Shown piece after piece: positions 1 to 8,590 of a stretch of DNA of 49,590 nucleotides. Positions within the stretch are counted from its first letter, which is position 1; every line of letters begins with the position of its first letter. The notes beneath the pieces are model-generated. The model saw only the letters and a list, made by a program, of their open reading frames with translations, did not search any database and had not been told where the DNA came from. The DNA comes from Alphaproteobacteria bacterium (GTDB lineage Bacteria; Pseudomonadota; Alphaproteobacteria; ATCC43930; CGMCC-115725), in the NCBI GenBank assembly GCA_019237135.1, contig JAFAHQ010000367.1, positions 1 through 49,590 on the forward strand, read 5' to 3'. The position numbers and the translations under genes were made by a program.

Positions 1-1884
1 CCAGGGTCCGAGATCCTCGACCGTAGCGCTCGCGGTGGAGATCAGGTTGGCTGAGTTCGGGATATAGCTGCCGGGATGGCCGGGCTCGGTATCGGCGGTG
101 CCGGGGTCGCCATCGGCGTAGCGCGCGTGCGTAGCCGCGAAATCGCCGTCGAGACGGAGCCAGGGAAGCGGCTTGTAGGAAGCACTCAGTTCGATGCCCT
201 TGCGTTGGCTCGGCCTGCCCGGCGTGGTCTCGGCCTCGTCGCCGTCAAACGTCGCCTCGCTGGCGAGATTGAGCACGAAGAGCGCGCCCTCGAGCTTGAG
301 GTTCGGCAATGGCTCCGATCGCACTCCAACTTCGTACCCGGTCGCTTTGGTCAGTAGCGGCGTCTTGACCTGCGGCACGATGGTGGGGTTGCCCTGCTGG
401 AAGTTGATCTCGGTCTGCAATGCATTGACGGTGGTCAGTGCGCCGCGCAAATCGTTGCTGTGAAAGCCCTGACCGACACTCAGGTAGTATTCGGTCTGGT
501 TCCACGGACCGAAGATCAGATTGCCCTTTGGGCTGGTGATGGCCTGGACGATCGTGCCGGAATTGGCCTGGAGCGTGCTTTCGTCTGAGCCGTAATAGAG
601 ATCCTCGCGCAAACCGGTGACCGTGCGAAACTTGTCCAGCCATTGGATTCGATTTTCGATAAAGAGGCCGCCGCTCGATTCGATCACATGGTCGTCACGC
701 ACCGTGAACCGCACCACCCGGCCGGTGGTCTCTGCCAAATCGATGTGAATGTCGTCTGTACGGGTCTGAAAGCCGACAGTGTTCTGCGCGTCGTAACCAA
801 AGACGTTGCCGGGGATCATATAGCTGACATTTCCGCCATAGATCTTGCGCCGGTCTTGCTGCACAAACTGGTCGCCGATGGGAGGGGGGAAAGTCACGAA
901 ACCGTCGAAATTGTTAAACAGTTGCAGTTGGTAACCGATCAGATAGGCATTTGCTTTGAGCTGACCGGTGTCGGTCGTTGCAGTATATTTGGTGGAAAAG
1001 CTGTAGCGCTCCGAGCTGCCGCCGTCGGTCGGGTCGAGCGGGCAGTAGAGGCAGATCAGTCCCTCAGTGACGGCACGCTGTGGGATTTGATTTGTCGCAT
1101 GGAAGGCATCGTTCATGTACATGCCGGTGAACGAGAACCCGTTATCCGCATTCCCCTGGCTATAATTGGCGATGAGGTTTCCTTTGTTGTAATTGTCCGG
1201 GATCTCCCACGGCCCGTCGGCGTGAACGTATTCGGCCGCAACCAGAAGGTTGCCGTCTGCCACCGGACGCGAGGCGGCGCCGAGCCCGCGGGCGTAACCG
1301 AACATTCCGGCGCTAAGCAAGGCGAGGTCGTGCGGCAGGGTGTCGACATAATTGATCTGGACGGCTCCAGCCGTGTCGAAGTCGCCGAGACTGGGGAAAT
1401 AGGGCCCCTTGCTGTATTGCAAGGTGCTGATCAGCTCGGGGATCATGAAATTGAGATCGGCATAGCCTTGGCCATGCGCGTGGGTACGCATGTTGACCGG
1501 CATGTCGTCGAGCGAGATGTCGATATCGGTGCCGTGATCGAGGTTGAAGCCGCGCAGGAAATACTGGTTGGCCTTGCCCTCGCCGCTGTGCTGCGTGACG
1601 ATCAGCCCCGGCACGACCTCGAGCGTTTCGCCCACCCGATAGACGGGCTGCTGCTGGATCTGCTCACCGGTGACAACCCCTTGCGAGGCGGTGTCCGGCG
1701 CGAAGAACGCTCTATCCGCCTGCGCAGACACGCTCATTTCGGGCAATGTGATTGTGGCGCCGCCGGGGGAGTTATCCCCGGCGGCAGTGCCGGGATCTTC
1801 GGCTAGTGCCGCGCTTGCAAATCCGAGCGAGACGATGAGCCCGGCGGTAAAGCCGCGCCAGGATTTGGTTCTGGTGCGCTGCAT
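1..1884 (-). CDS. TonB-dependent outer-membrane receptor (N-terminus and plug in window; C-terminus runs off the left edge)
   Basis: Manual translation from the ATG at 1884-1882 gives MQRTRTKSWRGFTAGLIVSLGFASAALA (signal peptide), then TLPEMSVSA (TonB-box-like), then GEGKANQYFLRGFNLDHGTDI and PVNMRTHAHGQGYADLNFMIPE (plug signature). No ORF terminating inside the window is listed for this frame, so I infer it is open to base 1 (spot-checked at both ends only). The + ORF 643..1806 is its antisense shadow. Confidence 0.85.
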   Translation of the reverse strand, partial: MQRTRTKSWRGFTAGLIVSLGFASAALAEDPGTAAGDNSPGGATITLPEMSVSAQADRAFFAPDTASQGVVTGEQIQQQPVYRVGETLEVVPGLIVTQHSGEGKANQYFLRGFNLDHGTDIDISLDDMPVNMRTHAHGQGYADLNFMIPELISTLQYSKGPYFPSLGDFDTAGAVQINYVDTLPHDLALLSAGMFGYARGLGAASRPVADGNLLVAAEYVHADGPWEIPDNYNKGNLIANYSQGNADNGFSFTGMYMNDAFHATNQIPQRAVTEGLICLYCPLDPTDGGSSERYSFSTKYTATTDTGQLKANAYLIGYQLQLFNNFDGFVTFPPPIGDQFVQQDRRKIYGGNVSYMIPGNVFGYDAQNTVGFQTRTDDIHIDLAETTGRVVRFTVRDDHVIESSGGLFIENRIQWLDKFRTVTGLREDLYYGSDESTLQANSGTIVQAITSPKGNLIFGPWNQTEYYLSVGQGFHSNDLRGALTTVNALQTEINFQQGNPTIVPQVKTPLLTKATGYEVGVRSEPLPNLKLEGALFVLNLASEATFDGDEAETTPGRPSQRKGIELSASYKPLPWLRLDGDFAATHARYADGDPGTADTEPGHPGSYIPNSANLISTASATVEDLGPW

Positions 1885-2054
1885 GCCACGGTCGTATTAG
1901 ACGTAGAGGAGTAGCGCGAGATCGCGCAGGCAATCAACTCCTGCCAGGCGGCTACGGGATCGGTTGATCGGCGAGATAGCGTTGGACGACACGCGGCGGC
2001 ATTCGAGCGCATTGCTGCGGATCCCCAGCCCGAATATTCAGCCGGCTTGCCCGC

Positions 2055-3176
2055 TCATAGGAATATGCTGACATTGAGGCTGCGCTCGATCAGCCATACC
2101 GAAGCGACCGTCACGATGCTCAATGAGCCGGCCCCGAGCACGAGGCGCGGATAGAGCCACGAGCGGCGCGACAGATAAGCGACGGGCAAGAACGTCGCGA
2201 CGATCGCCAGTTGCCCAGCCTCGACACCCAGATTGAAGCTGACCAGCGATACCGCCAGCGCCGGCTTCGGCAGCGCCAGATCCGTTAAGACATTGGCAAA
2301 GCCCAATCCGTGCACCAAACCGAAGACGAAAGCCACGATCCATAGTCGCTTCTCGATCAGCGGGTAAAGGTTGTTCAAGGCGGCGACGACCACCGAAGCG
2401 GCGATTGTCGACTCGATGAGCCGCGACGGCAGGGTGATGAACCCGAGCACTGCAAGGCTCAGGGTAATCGAATGCGCGATCGTGAACGCGGTGACGATGC
2501 TGATGACGTCGAGCAAAGCCTTGCGGAAGGTCGTTACGGCTTGCCATCTCCCGCCACGGTGCTCGAGCACTGCGGGGAGCAGTAGGGCGCAGAGGAACAG
2601 GATGTGATCGAAGCCGGTCCAGATATGCGAGACCCCGGTCTCGAAAAAGTCGCGAAATTGGCTCCCGAGCCCAACCGACTGCCCTTCCGACTGCCAAGTC
2701 GCGCGGTCGGGGCTGAAAACCGCCGTGTGGGTGCGGCCCTGCTCCTCCAACCGCAGCAAACCGCGGTGCTGCGGGTCGAGATCGAAGAACAGGGTGTATT
2801 TGATGGTCAAAACCCGCGGAGTGGCCGGGCAGTCGACGGAAAACCGCATGACCTCGTAGGCGCCGTCGCTGTGGTTGTCGGCCAAATGTTCGGTGACCCT
2901 CATCGGGCAGCCGACGTCATCAGCGGCGATCGCCAGGCGAGCCAGTGCGTAGGCGGCGATTTCGGTGTGCTTCGCCTTGACCTCTCCCCAGGTGATCTCG
3001 CCGTTACCATCGGTATCGAGCCCAATGGCGTAATCGAGATCGCGCAGCGCGATGTCCCACTGTCCGGTCAGGTGATGGCCCTCCAGCGAAAGCATCAGGT
3101 AGCTGTCGCTCGGCTTGTGGGCATAAGCCGGCGCAACCGATAACGACAGCAGCAAGATCAGGACGAAGCGCCGCAT
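2055..3176 (-). CDS. HupE/UreJ-family (type 2) membrane protein with ~190-aa N-terminal periplasmic domain
   Basis: ORF 2055..3302. Preferred start is the internal ATG at 3176 (MRRFVLILLLSLSVAPAYA signal peptide). The core GVSHIWTGFDHILFLCALLLP plus multiple TM helices are typical of the HupE_UreJ_2 family. Confidence 0.85.
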   Translation of the reverse strand: MRRFVLILLLSLSVAPAYAHKPSDSYLMLSLEGHHLTGQWDIALRDLDYAIGLDTDGNGEITWGEVKAKHTEIAAYALARLAIAADDVGCPMRVTEHLADNHSDGAYEVMRFSVDCPATPRVLTIKYTLFFDLDPQHRGLLRLEEQGRTHTAVFSPDRATWQSEGQSVGLGSQFRDFFETGVSHIWTGFDHILFLCALLLPAVLEHRGGRWQAVTTFRKALLDVISIVTAFTIAHSITLSLAVLGFITLPSRLIESTIAASVVVAALNNLYPLIEKRLWIVAFVFGLVHGLGFANVLTDLALPKPALAVSLVSFNLGVEAGQLAIVATFLPVAYLSRRSWLYPRLVLGAGSLSIVTVASVWLIERSLNVSIFL

Positions 3177-3332
3177 CGATCGGCCTTGCAGCGCAGCCTT
3201 TGTGGATCGGTTCCTGCTGCGACGGCAAATCGCAGCAGGTATTCCGCTCTCTGATGACATTGGTTCTGCATCAGCGCCTAAGAGGGCAGTCCCGCGCGCC
3301 ACCCTGCGCGGGCTGCACTTCCGGCCTCCGGG

Positions 3333-4925
3333 TCACGGTGCCGGCGGCGGCGGCACTGGCGCTACGCAGGGATTACTGCCCTGACCGGCGCTGCACTTGC
3401 CGTCGTACGGTGTGGGGAGGAACGGAAAATTCCGGGCGATGCCGTTCGCCGTAATGTCGACGTCGACCACGCCCGGGGCGCCGGCGAGGAAATTGACGCC
3501 ATCGCCGATGTGGTTGGCGATATAGTTGTTGCCACCGACCACGCGGACCGTAATGTCGGTGACATCATCATTGGGCCGGCGTCCGTTCGGATAGCCCGCC
3601 TTGTCCGTGGTCAGCGCGGCGCCCAGCCGGCTCTGCATTTCGGGTGCGGTAGGCGGCACGCTCAGGTCGAGCCGCAGCAGTTCGGCGCATGGCTGGCCGC
3701 AATTCGAGCCGCTCAGGGCTTGGCCTGGGTATTTGAGCAGAAGGCCGATCAGGTCGGTGCGGTTGTTTGCTGGTGAACCATTGATCGGAACGATGGGCAC
3801 ATGAAACACCAGGTTCAGCTCCGTGGCGACCACCGGATCCTGATAAAACGCCTGGAAATTGGCCTCGTCTTCCGGCTTCGAGGCGTTCCATTCGTCCTTG
3901 AACGGCGTGGTGATGATCAACTCGTTCACCAGCGGGTTTGCCATCCGCGACACCTGGACGAATGGCCCGTCCTCGTCCGCCGGCTCACCGGGTTGGCCCA
4001 GCACTTTCACCTTCTGCCGGGAGGTGTTGGCGTATACCCCGATTACCGGATTGTTGGTGGTCGCGGCCGGTTTACCGTCGCTGGTAACGCGCGTGATCGG
4101 GACCTCGATGGCGATGGTGCTGATGTTGAATCCGCCGAAACGGTTCACGCCGAACGGGTTGACATTGTCACTGTCTTCTCCCGGCCCAGTAAGCGCAGGC
4201 AGGTAGCGGCGCAGGTTCAAGGTGTCGAACACCGCGCCCAGATCGATATAGAAGGTCTCGGCGCGCTGGCCGGCGAACACGCGGATGCCAGTCGCGGCAT
4301 CACTGTAGATGCCTTGTGCGGCCAAGGCAGGATAGTCGGGCATCGTGGCGGGTCCGACGTTCGACGGAACCGCAACCAACGTGCGGCCGCTGAACAATTC
4401 GGTCCGCTGCCCGTGGCGGACCTCGGTCACGGTATAGGTCTGACGCCGGGTCAAGCCTTCCGATCCGGCACCATCGAGCGCGGTGATGCCTTGCAGCGGA
4501 AGTGTAGGCGTAATGTGCGGGTTGCCGAGATACGGCAGCGGTGAAGTCAAATCGCCAGCGGCGACGACCGGCCGGTTCTCGGTCTTGAAGCGGAACTCAT
4601 AGACGACGTCGTCGGCCCTGCCATCCCGGTCGTTGTCGATGTGGACGGCGTACAGCACGTCGTCGCCGAAGTTGAAGTAATTGGGCCCGTCGCTCGGGTC
4701 CTGCCCCGGGTTCACGTTCAATATGAACGTAACCCGCCGATCGGCTGGGGCCCGCGCCAGGTTTGCCTCGTCATAGCTGACAAAAGCGTAAACGTCGGTG
4801 TTGTCGGCACTTGGGTCCAAAGCGATCAGAGGCGCTTCGCGGTGGCTTGCCGCCTCTGCGGGAATATCCCATGCGAGGGCGAATGTCGCCAGCAATGGGA
4901 TGAATAGTTTCAACAAGTGTTTCAT
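3333..4925 (-). CDS. DUF4331 domain-containing secreted protein
   Basis: Signal peptide MKHLLKLFIPLLATFALAWDIPAEA is followed by the family hallmark SHREAPLIALDPSADNTDVYAF. Confidence 0.85.
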   Translation of the reverse strand: MKHLLKLFIPLLATFALAWDIPAEAASHREAPLIALDPSADNTDVYAFVSYDEANLARAPADRRVTFILNVNPGQDPSDGPNYFNFGDDVLYAVHIDNDRDGRADDVVYEFRFKTENRPVVAAGDLTSPLPYLGNPHITPTLPLQGITALDGAGSEGLTRRQTYTVTEVRHGQRTELFSGRTLVAVPSNVGPATMPDYPALAAQGIYSDAATGIRVFAGQRAETFYIDLGAVFDTLNLRRYLPALTGPGEDSDNVNPFGVNRFGGFNISTIAIEVPITRVTSDGKPAATTNNPVIGVYANTSRQKVKVLGQPGEPADEDGPFVQVSRMANPLVNELIITTPFKDEWNASKPEDEANFQAFYQDPVVATELNLVFHVPIVPINGSPANNRTDLIGLLLKYPGQALSGSNCGQPCAELLRLDLSVPPTAPEMQSRLGAALTTDKAGYPNGRRPNDDVTDITVRVVGGNNYIANHIGDGVNFLAGAPGVVDVDITANGIARNFPFLPTPYDGKCSAGQGSNPCVAPVPPPPAP

Positions 4926-4968
4926 GTCTCAGTCTCCTTCTGCAAAATGAGGGTTCTCGACGCGCCAT

Positions 4969-6255
4969 TCAGCCTCGTCGCGCGATGATCCGTTGGAGCT
5001 CGATATCCTCCAACCGGGAATTGCTTAGCCATTCCCGCACGGCGTCGACGGCAGCAGCGTCGCGGGCGGCCAGGGCAGCTTCGAGCAGGATGCGGACATC
5101 CGCCGGCTCCTTCTGCACCTGCCAATTTTCCTGTGCGAGCGTCAGCGCCGCCTGCGGTGCGTTCAGCAGATGCAAGGTGAACCGGCCCTCTTCCCGGAGG
5201 TGCACCCGATCCCCACGAAGGCGGCTGGCCGCGAAGCGGTCGCGCAGCTGCTCCATTTGTGCGGGCAGTTCTTTCGAATGCTGAGCCTGCAACGCCAGCG
5301 CGTAACGGAGCAGCAGGGGGTCTGCGCGGGTCTTGTCCCGAAGCAGGTCGAGGACCTCCGGCGACCGATCGCTGTCCAATAAGAAATCTGCGTAGGCGCC
5401 GAGAACGTAGTAGTCCGCGGCATCGAGAGCGAGCGCTGCGCGAAAATGCGCTTCCGCCTCCTGCGCCATGCCGGCGCGCGATGCCATTTCGGCCAGGCTG
5501 ATCAGCAGCCAGCTTTGAACGCTCGGCTTAGCGCGAGGGTACCTAGCGAGCGCTAGACTAAGTTGCTGATAGCTCTCGCGCAGCTGACCGGTCACTCCGT
5601 TCACATTCGCCAGGCAGGCGGCCCACACCAGTTCTTCGGTCAGCTCTTGCAGCGCGCGGCATTCTTCCCTCGCCTCGTCATAGGCGCCCTGTACCTGCAG
5701 CACCGTCGCGCGGATTAGCCGAGCCTGGAGATTGCGTGGATTGGTGTTCAGCACCGTCGCTAAATCCGCCAAAGCGGCATCGAACTGGTGCACGCGCTGA
5801 CGCAAAGTGGCGCGCAAGACCAGCACTTCCTGAGGTGCTTGCTCAAAGTCCCACCACGGGGCCAGCGCAGCTTGAGCATAGCCAGCGTAACGTGGATCAC
5901 CCGTGACGCGGCCGACCTCGAGGTAGCCCTGTGCGACAAGAAGCGCCAGCGGCAAGTTATCCGGGCTGCGGGTCAGTTGATTATTCAGTGCGCGCAGCCT
6001 GCTCAGGACAGGGTCGTTCGGCGCGAACGGCAAGCGCTCGAGGACCTGGCTGTCGGATTCAGGGACGAACGGCGCAGCAACCGCCCGTCCTGACGTGACG
6101 GCGATGACGATGACGCAGATCAGCGAGGCGATGCCACGCCATCTCTGGGAAAGCATATCGAGGAGATCAAGTGCTGATTCTGACGAGGATCCGAACGGTC
6201 CGCGCGATCGCTGGGTTAGCGAAGCCCGAGTGAAGGCGGCATTGGAACGCTTCAT
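4969..6255 (-). CDS. Tetratricopeptide-repeat protein, N-terminally anchored or secreted
   Basis: ORF 4969..6303. Start is uncertain (ATG at 6255 gives MKRSNAAF; a later Met precedes the hydrophobic IASLICVIVIAVTSG). Helical repeat-rich sequence with TPR-like A/L/Y periodicity. Confidence 0.7.
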   Translation of the reverse strand: MKRSNAAFTRASLTQRSRGPFGSSSESALDLLDMLSQRWRGIASLICVIVIAVTSGRAVAAPFVPESDSQVLERLPFAPNDPVLSRLRALNNQLTRSPDNLPLALLVAQGYLEVGRVTGDPRYAGYAQAALAPWWDFEQAPQEVLVLRATLRQRVHQFDAALADLATVLNTNPRNLQARLIRATVLQVQGAYDEAREECRALQELTEELVWAACLANVNGVTGQLRESYQQLSLALARYPRAKPSVQSWLLISLAEMASRAGMAQEAEAHFRAALALDAADYYVLGAYADFLLDSDRSPEVLDLLRDKTRADPLLLRYALALQAQHSKELPAQMEQLRDRFAASRLRGDRVHLREEGRFTLHLLNAPQAALTLAQENWQVQKEPADVRILLEAALAARDAAAVDAVREWLSNSRLEDIELQRIIARRG

Positions 6256-6401
6256 CGATAGTCTCCCCCGTTTGCAGCGGCCCGGGCCGCCGCTCCTCCC
6301 CATTACGGCTGAGATGTCCCGGCGGATGCCGCCGATTAAAATCTTTTCGGTGGCTGCCGTTCACAAAGCCGTGATGTCGAGAGCCGAGCCAGCATGTCCG
6401 G

Positions 6402-6977
6402 TCACGAAGTCGGTAAAGCGCGAAGGACGTCGATTACGCTGGCGCAGCCAGCGCGTTCCAATGCAACAGAATAAGGCCGCCGGAAAGCGGAGCGGATTAT
6501 CTCATGGTGACTGCCGGCGTGAGCAATCGTGTAATCGCCAGGCCGATAATCCTGGCCATCGACGTTCACGACGCCCTCGAGCACGAAACACTCCTCCGAC
6601 TCCGGATGATCGTGCTCGGGATAGGCACTGCCGGGCTCCATCCGCATCAGGCCCGTGCGCTCGCCGGTCACCGGATCGACGTGGAGCATCTTTAACTTGG
6701 TCCCCGGTGCGACTTCGAGCCACACGCCTTCCGATTGCCGGCGAGAGATGGATGGCGCCCCTCCGCCGATGCGTTGCTGGACGGCGGCCCAGACGGATGC
6801 GGGGGGCGTCACCGGAGCCACCCGATCTGCAAGCGGCGTCAGGCGGCGGAACCAGGCATCGACGGAGCGGCGAAAGTCGGGCTCGTCACGCATGCGGCGC
6901 GTGACCGCTGCCCGTTCGTCGGCTTCGAGCGCTCCGAGCACAAATTCGCCGGCCAATTCCTCGGACGCGTCAGCCAC
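6402..6977 (-). CDS. Soluble anti-sigma factor: RskA-like sigma-binding N-terminus fused to a ChrR-type cupin domain
   Basis: GTG start overlaps the sigma gene stop by 8 nt. The N-terminus ELAGEFVLGALEADERAAV...WFRRLTPL is paralogous to the RskA-like protein at 8591..9295. The C-terminus carries cupin motifs PGSAYPEHDHPESEECFVLEG and GDYTIAHAGSHHE. No TM segment and no HxxxCxxC zinc motif. Confidence 0.7.
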   Translation of the reverse strand: MADASEELAGEFVLGALEADERAAVTRRMRDEPDFRRSVDAWFRRLTPLADRVAPVTPPASVWAAVQQRIGGGAPSISRRQSEGVWLEVAPGTKLKMLHVDPVTGERTGLMRMEPGSAYPEHDHPESEECFVLEGVVNVDGQDYRPGDYTIAHAGSHHEIIRSAFRRPYSVALERAGCASVIDVLRALPTS

Positions 6978-7515
6978 TCACGTCACCCGGATCCAGGCAT
7001 TCCTTCAGCTTAGCGAGCCCTCTGCGGATTGTCGATTTCATCGTACCGAGCGGGACACCAAAGCTTTTCGCCAGTTCGGCGTGCGACAGCCCGAAGTAAA
7101 AGGCCATCAGAATCGCCTTGGACTGCATGGCATCGAGACGCTGCAAGCACCGTTCGATATCGACCCCGACAATGTCGTGAGGGGGAACAAGCCCCTCGAT
7201 CTCCTCGAGGTCGGGAGCAGTTGGACGCCGGCTGGCGTTGGACCTCAACACATCAATGCAGATATGACGGACAATTCCCGACATCCAATGGATCGGCTGC
7301 CCCTTTTCGGGATTATATTGGCCGGACACGGCCCAAATCCGCACATAGGCTTCCTGCAGCGCTTCGCCTGCAGCATCGGCATCCCGCAACATCCGGCTGG
7401 CGATCGCCAAGAGCTTGCCGTTGGTCAGACGGTAGAGCTCTGCAAAGGCGATCTGATCTCCCAACGCGGTAGCGCGAAGCAGCTCCGACGGGAGGTCGGC
7501 AAGCTCTATCGACAT
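6970..7515 (-). CDS. ECF (sigma-70 family) RNA polymerase sigma factor
   Basis: ORF 6970..7587. Preferred ATG is at 7515 (MSIELADL). Region 2 (EALQEAYVRIW) and region 4 (FGVPLGTMKSTIRRGLAKLKECL) signatures are present. Confidence 0.85.
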   Translation of the reverse strand: MSIELADLPSELLRATALGDQIAFAELYRLTNGKLLAIASRMLRDADAAGEALQEAYVRIWAVSGQYNPEKGQPIHWMSGIVRHICIDVLRSNASRRPTAPDLEEIEGLVPPHDIVGVDIERCLQRLDAMQSKAILMAFYFGLSHAELAKSFGVPLGTMKSTIRRGLAKLKECLDPGDVSG

Positions 7516-7665
7516 CGCTCCATCCAGTGGTCCGCGCGCCGGCGCCGAATGGTCGATAAATGAGCCTGGATGAGCGGCCCTGGTCAAGGTCCCGCTCGCC
7601 GCTCGTCCGACAGCAAATCTGATCCTTGCCTATATCGTGTTCTTCTGAAAGGTACTCCACGAATG

Positions 7666-7880
7666 CCCGTCGACGCCCGCCAACCGCCGTCTCGCCGCGG
7701 TCCTCGCGAACGCTCGGTCGGAGCCGGGTCAACGCGACGCGGTGAGCGTTGCAATCTCCCCCCAGGAGCAGGTCCGTGGTGCGCTGGCGGCAAGCGCTCG
7801 GCGCTCTCGGTGGTTCAGGCGTCGCTGACGAGCGTCACCAGATACCCGAGATCGCGGGCGTCACGCACCCGCTCTCGACG
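7666..7880. repeat. Copy A of a duplicated segment (intergenic DNA plus isochorismatase 3' end), roughly 85-90% identical by eye to 10017..10263 with a ~32 bp internal deletion
   Basis: Hand alignment: cccgtcgacgcccgccaaccgccgtctcgcc...ggtgcgctggcggcaa (7666-7793) against 10017-10144, then gcgctcggcgct...cgctctcgacg against 10177-10263. Confidence 0.8.
7729..7880 (-). pseudogene. Decayed 3' fragment of an isochorismatase-family gene (paralogous to 10080..10724)
   Basis: Homology to the last ~180 nt of the intact gene starts at the equivalent stop codon (tca at 7729-7731). The ~32-nt deletion breaks the frame and the 5' two-thirds of the gene are absent. Confidence 0.65.
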
Positions 7881-7899
7881 GGCGAAACCCGAGGTTTGC

Positions 7900-8451
7900 C
7901 TAGGGCATCAGAACCTTGTCGATGACCATGATGACCCCGTTACTCTGGTATACATCGGGGACCGTGACCCGGGCGGTGTTGCCCTTTTGATCGGTGATCG
8001 TGAGGGTGTTGCCGCTTTCCGCCACGATCAGCAGCTCGCTTTCCGCGGTCTTCAGCGAAACTCTGCCGCCGGGCGTCGTCTTGATCGCGTGATCGAGCGA
8101 CATTGCATCATAGCGGCCGGGGACCACGTGATAGGTCAGGATCTGGGTGAGCTGGGCCTTGTTCTCGGGCTTCAGCAGCGTGTCGACGGTGCCCGCCGGC
8201 AATGCCGCAAAGGCTTCGTTGGTCGGCGCGAAAACCGTGAACGGGCCGGGACCCTCCAGCGTCGGCACGAGACCCGCAGCTTTGACCGCCGCCACCAGGG
8301 TGGTGTGGTCCTTCGAGTTGACGGCGTTCTGGATGATGTTCTTCGTGTCATACATCGGCGCGCCCCCGACCATCGGGTCCATCGCCGCCATGGCGCCGGC
8401 GCCGAGTGTCAGGGCGACCACGGCCGTCGCGCTCACCAGCCTGATATTCAT
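7900..8451 (-). CDS. Fasciclin (FAS1) domain secreted protein
   Basis: ORF 7900..8508. Preferred ATG is at 8451 (MNIRLVSATAVVALTLGAGAMA signal). The FAS1 signatures TLVAAVKAAGL, GPFTVFAPTNEAF, ILTYHVV and SNGVIMVIDKVL are present. Confidence 0.9.
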   Translation of the reverse strand: MNIRLVSATAVVALTLGAGAMAAMDPMVGGAPMYDTKNIIQNAVNSKDHTTLVAAVKAAGLVPTLEGPGPFTVFAPTNEAFAALPAGTVDTLLKPENKAQLTQILTYHVVPGRYDAMSLDHAIKTTPGGRVSLKTAESELLIVAESGNTLTITDQKGNTARVTVPDVYQSNGVIMVIDKVLMP

Positions 8452-8590
8452 GCCACGTTCCTCGCTGATATCTGCTCTGCGACTTCGGCAACGGGATGCT
8501 GCCGACACGTCGTCTCTCGCAATACGCAGCCGAGGCGGATCTGGATGCGGCCGTAGGTAAATTCTGGCGGGGCGCCGCCCTTGCGCCCGA

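Noticed and set aside
643-1806. 387-aa plus-strand ORF in the track
   Set aside because: Its composition (V/D/G/R-rich, no recognisable motifs) and exact overlap with a well-supported minus-strand TonB-receptor frame mark it as a high-GC antisense shadow ORF.
3177-3332. Structured 156-nt spacer upstream of hupE (10-bp stem at 3213-3239 plus two further hairpins), considered as a cobalamin or NiCo riboswitch
   Set aside because: It is too short for a cobalamin riboswitch. I could not find a B12-box-like or NiCo-like conserved core by eye. It may simply be intercistronic structure. It needs a covariance-model scan before any claim.
7689-7694. cgtctc (GAGACG on the minus strand) shared upstream of both sigma genes and the fasciclin gene (also near 10040 and 8507), considered as an ECF -35 element
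   Set aside because: A hexamer of this composition is expected many times by chance in GC-rich DNA. The spacing to candidate -10 CGT motifs differs between sites. It is kept only as a hint inside the duplication finding.
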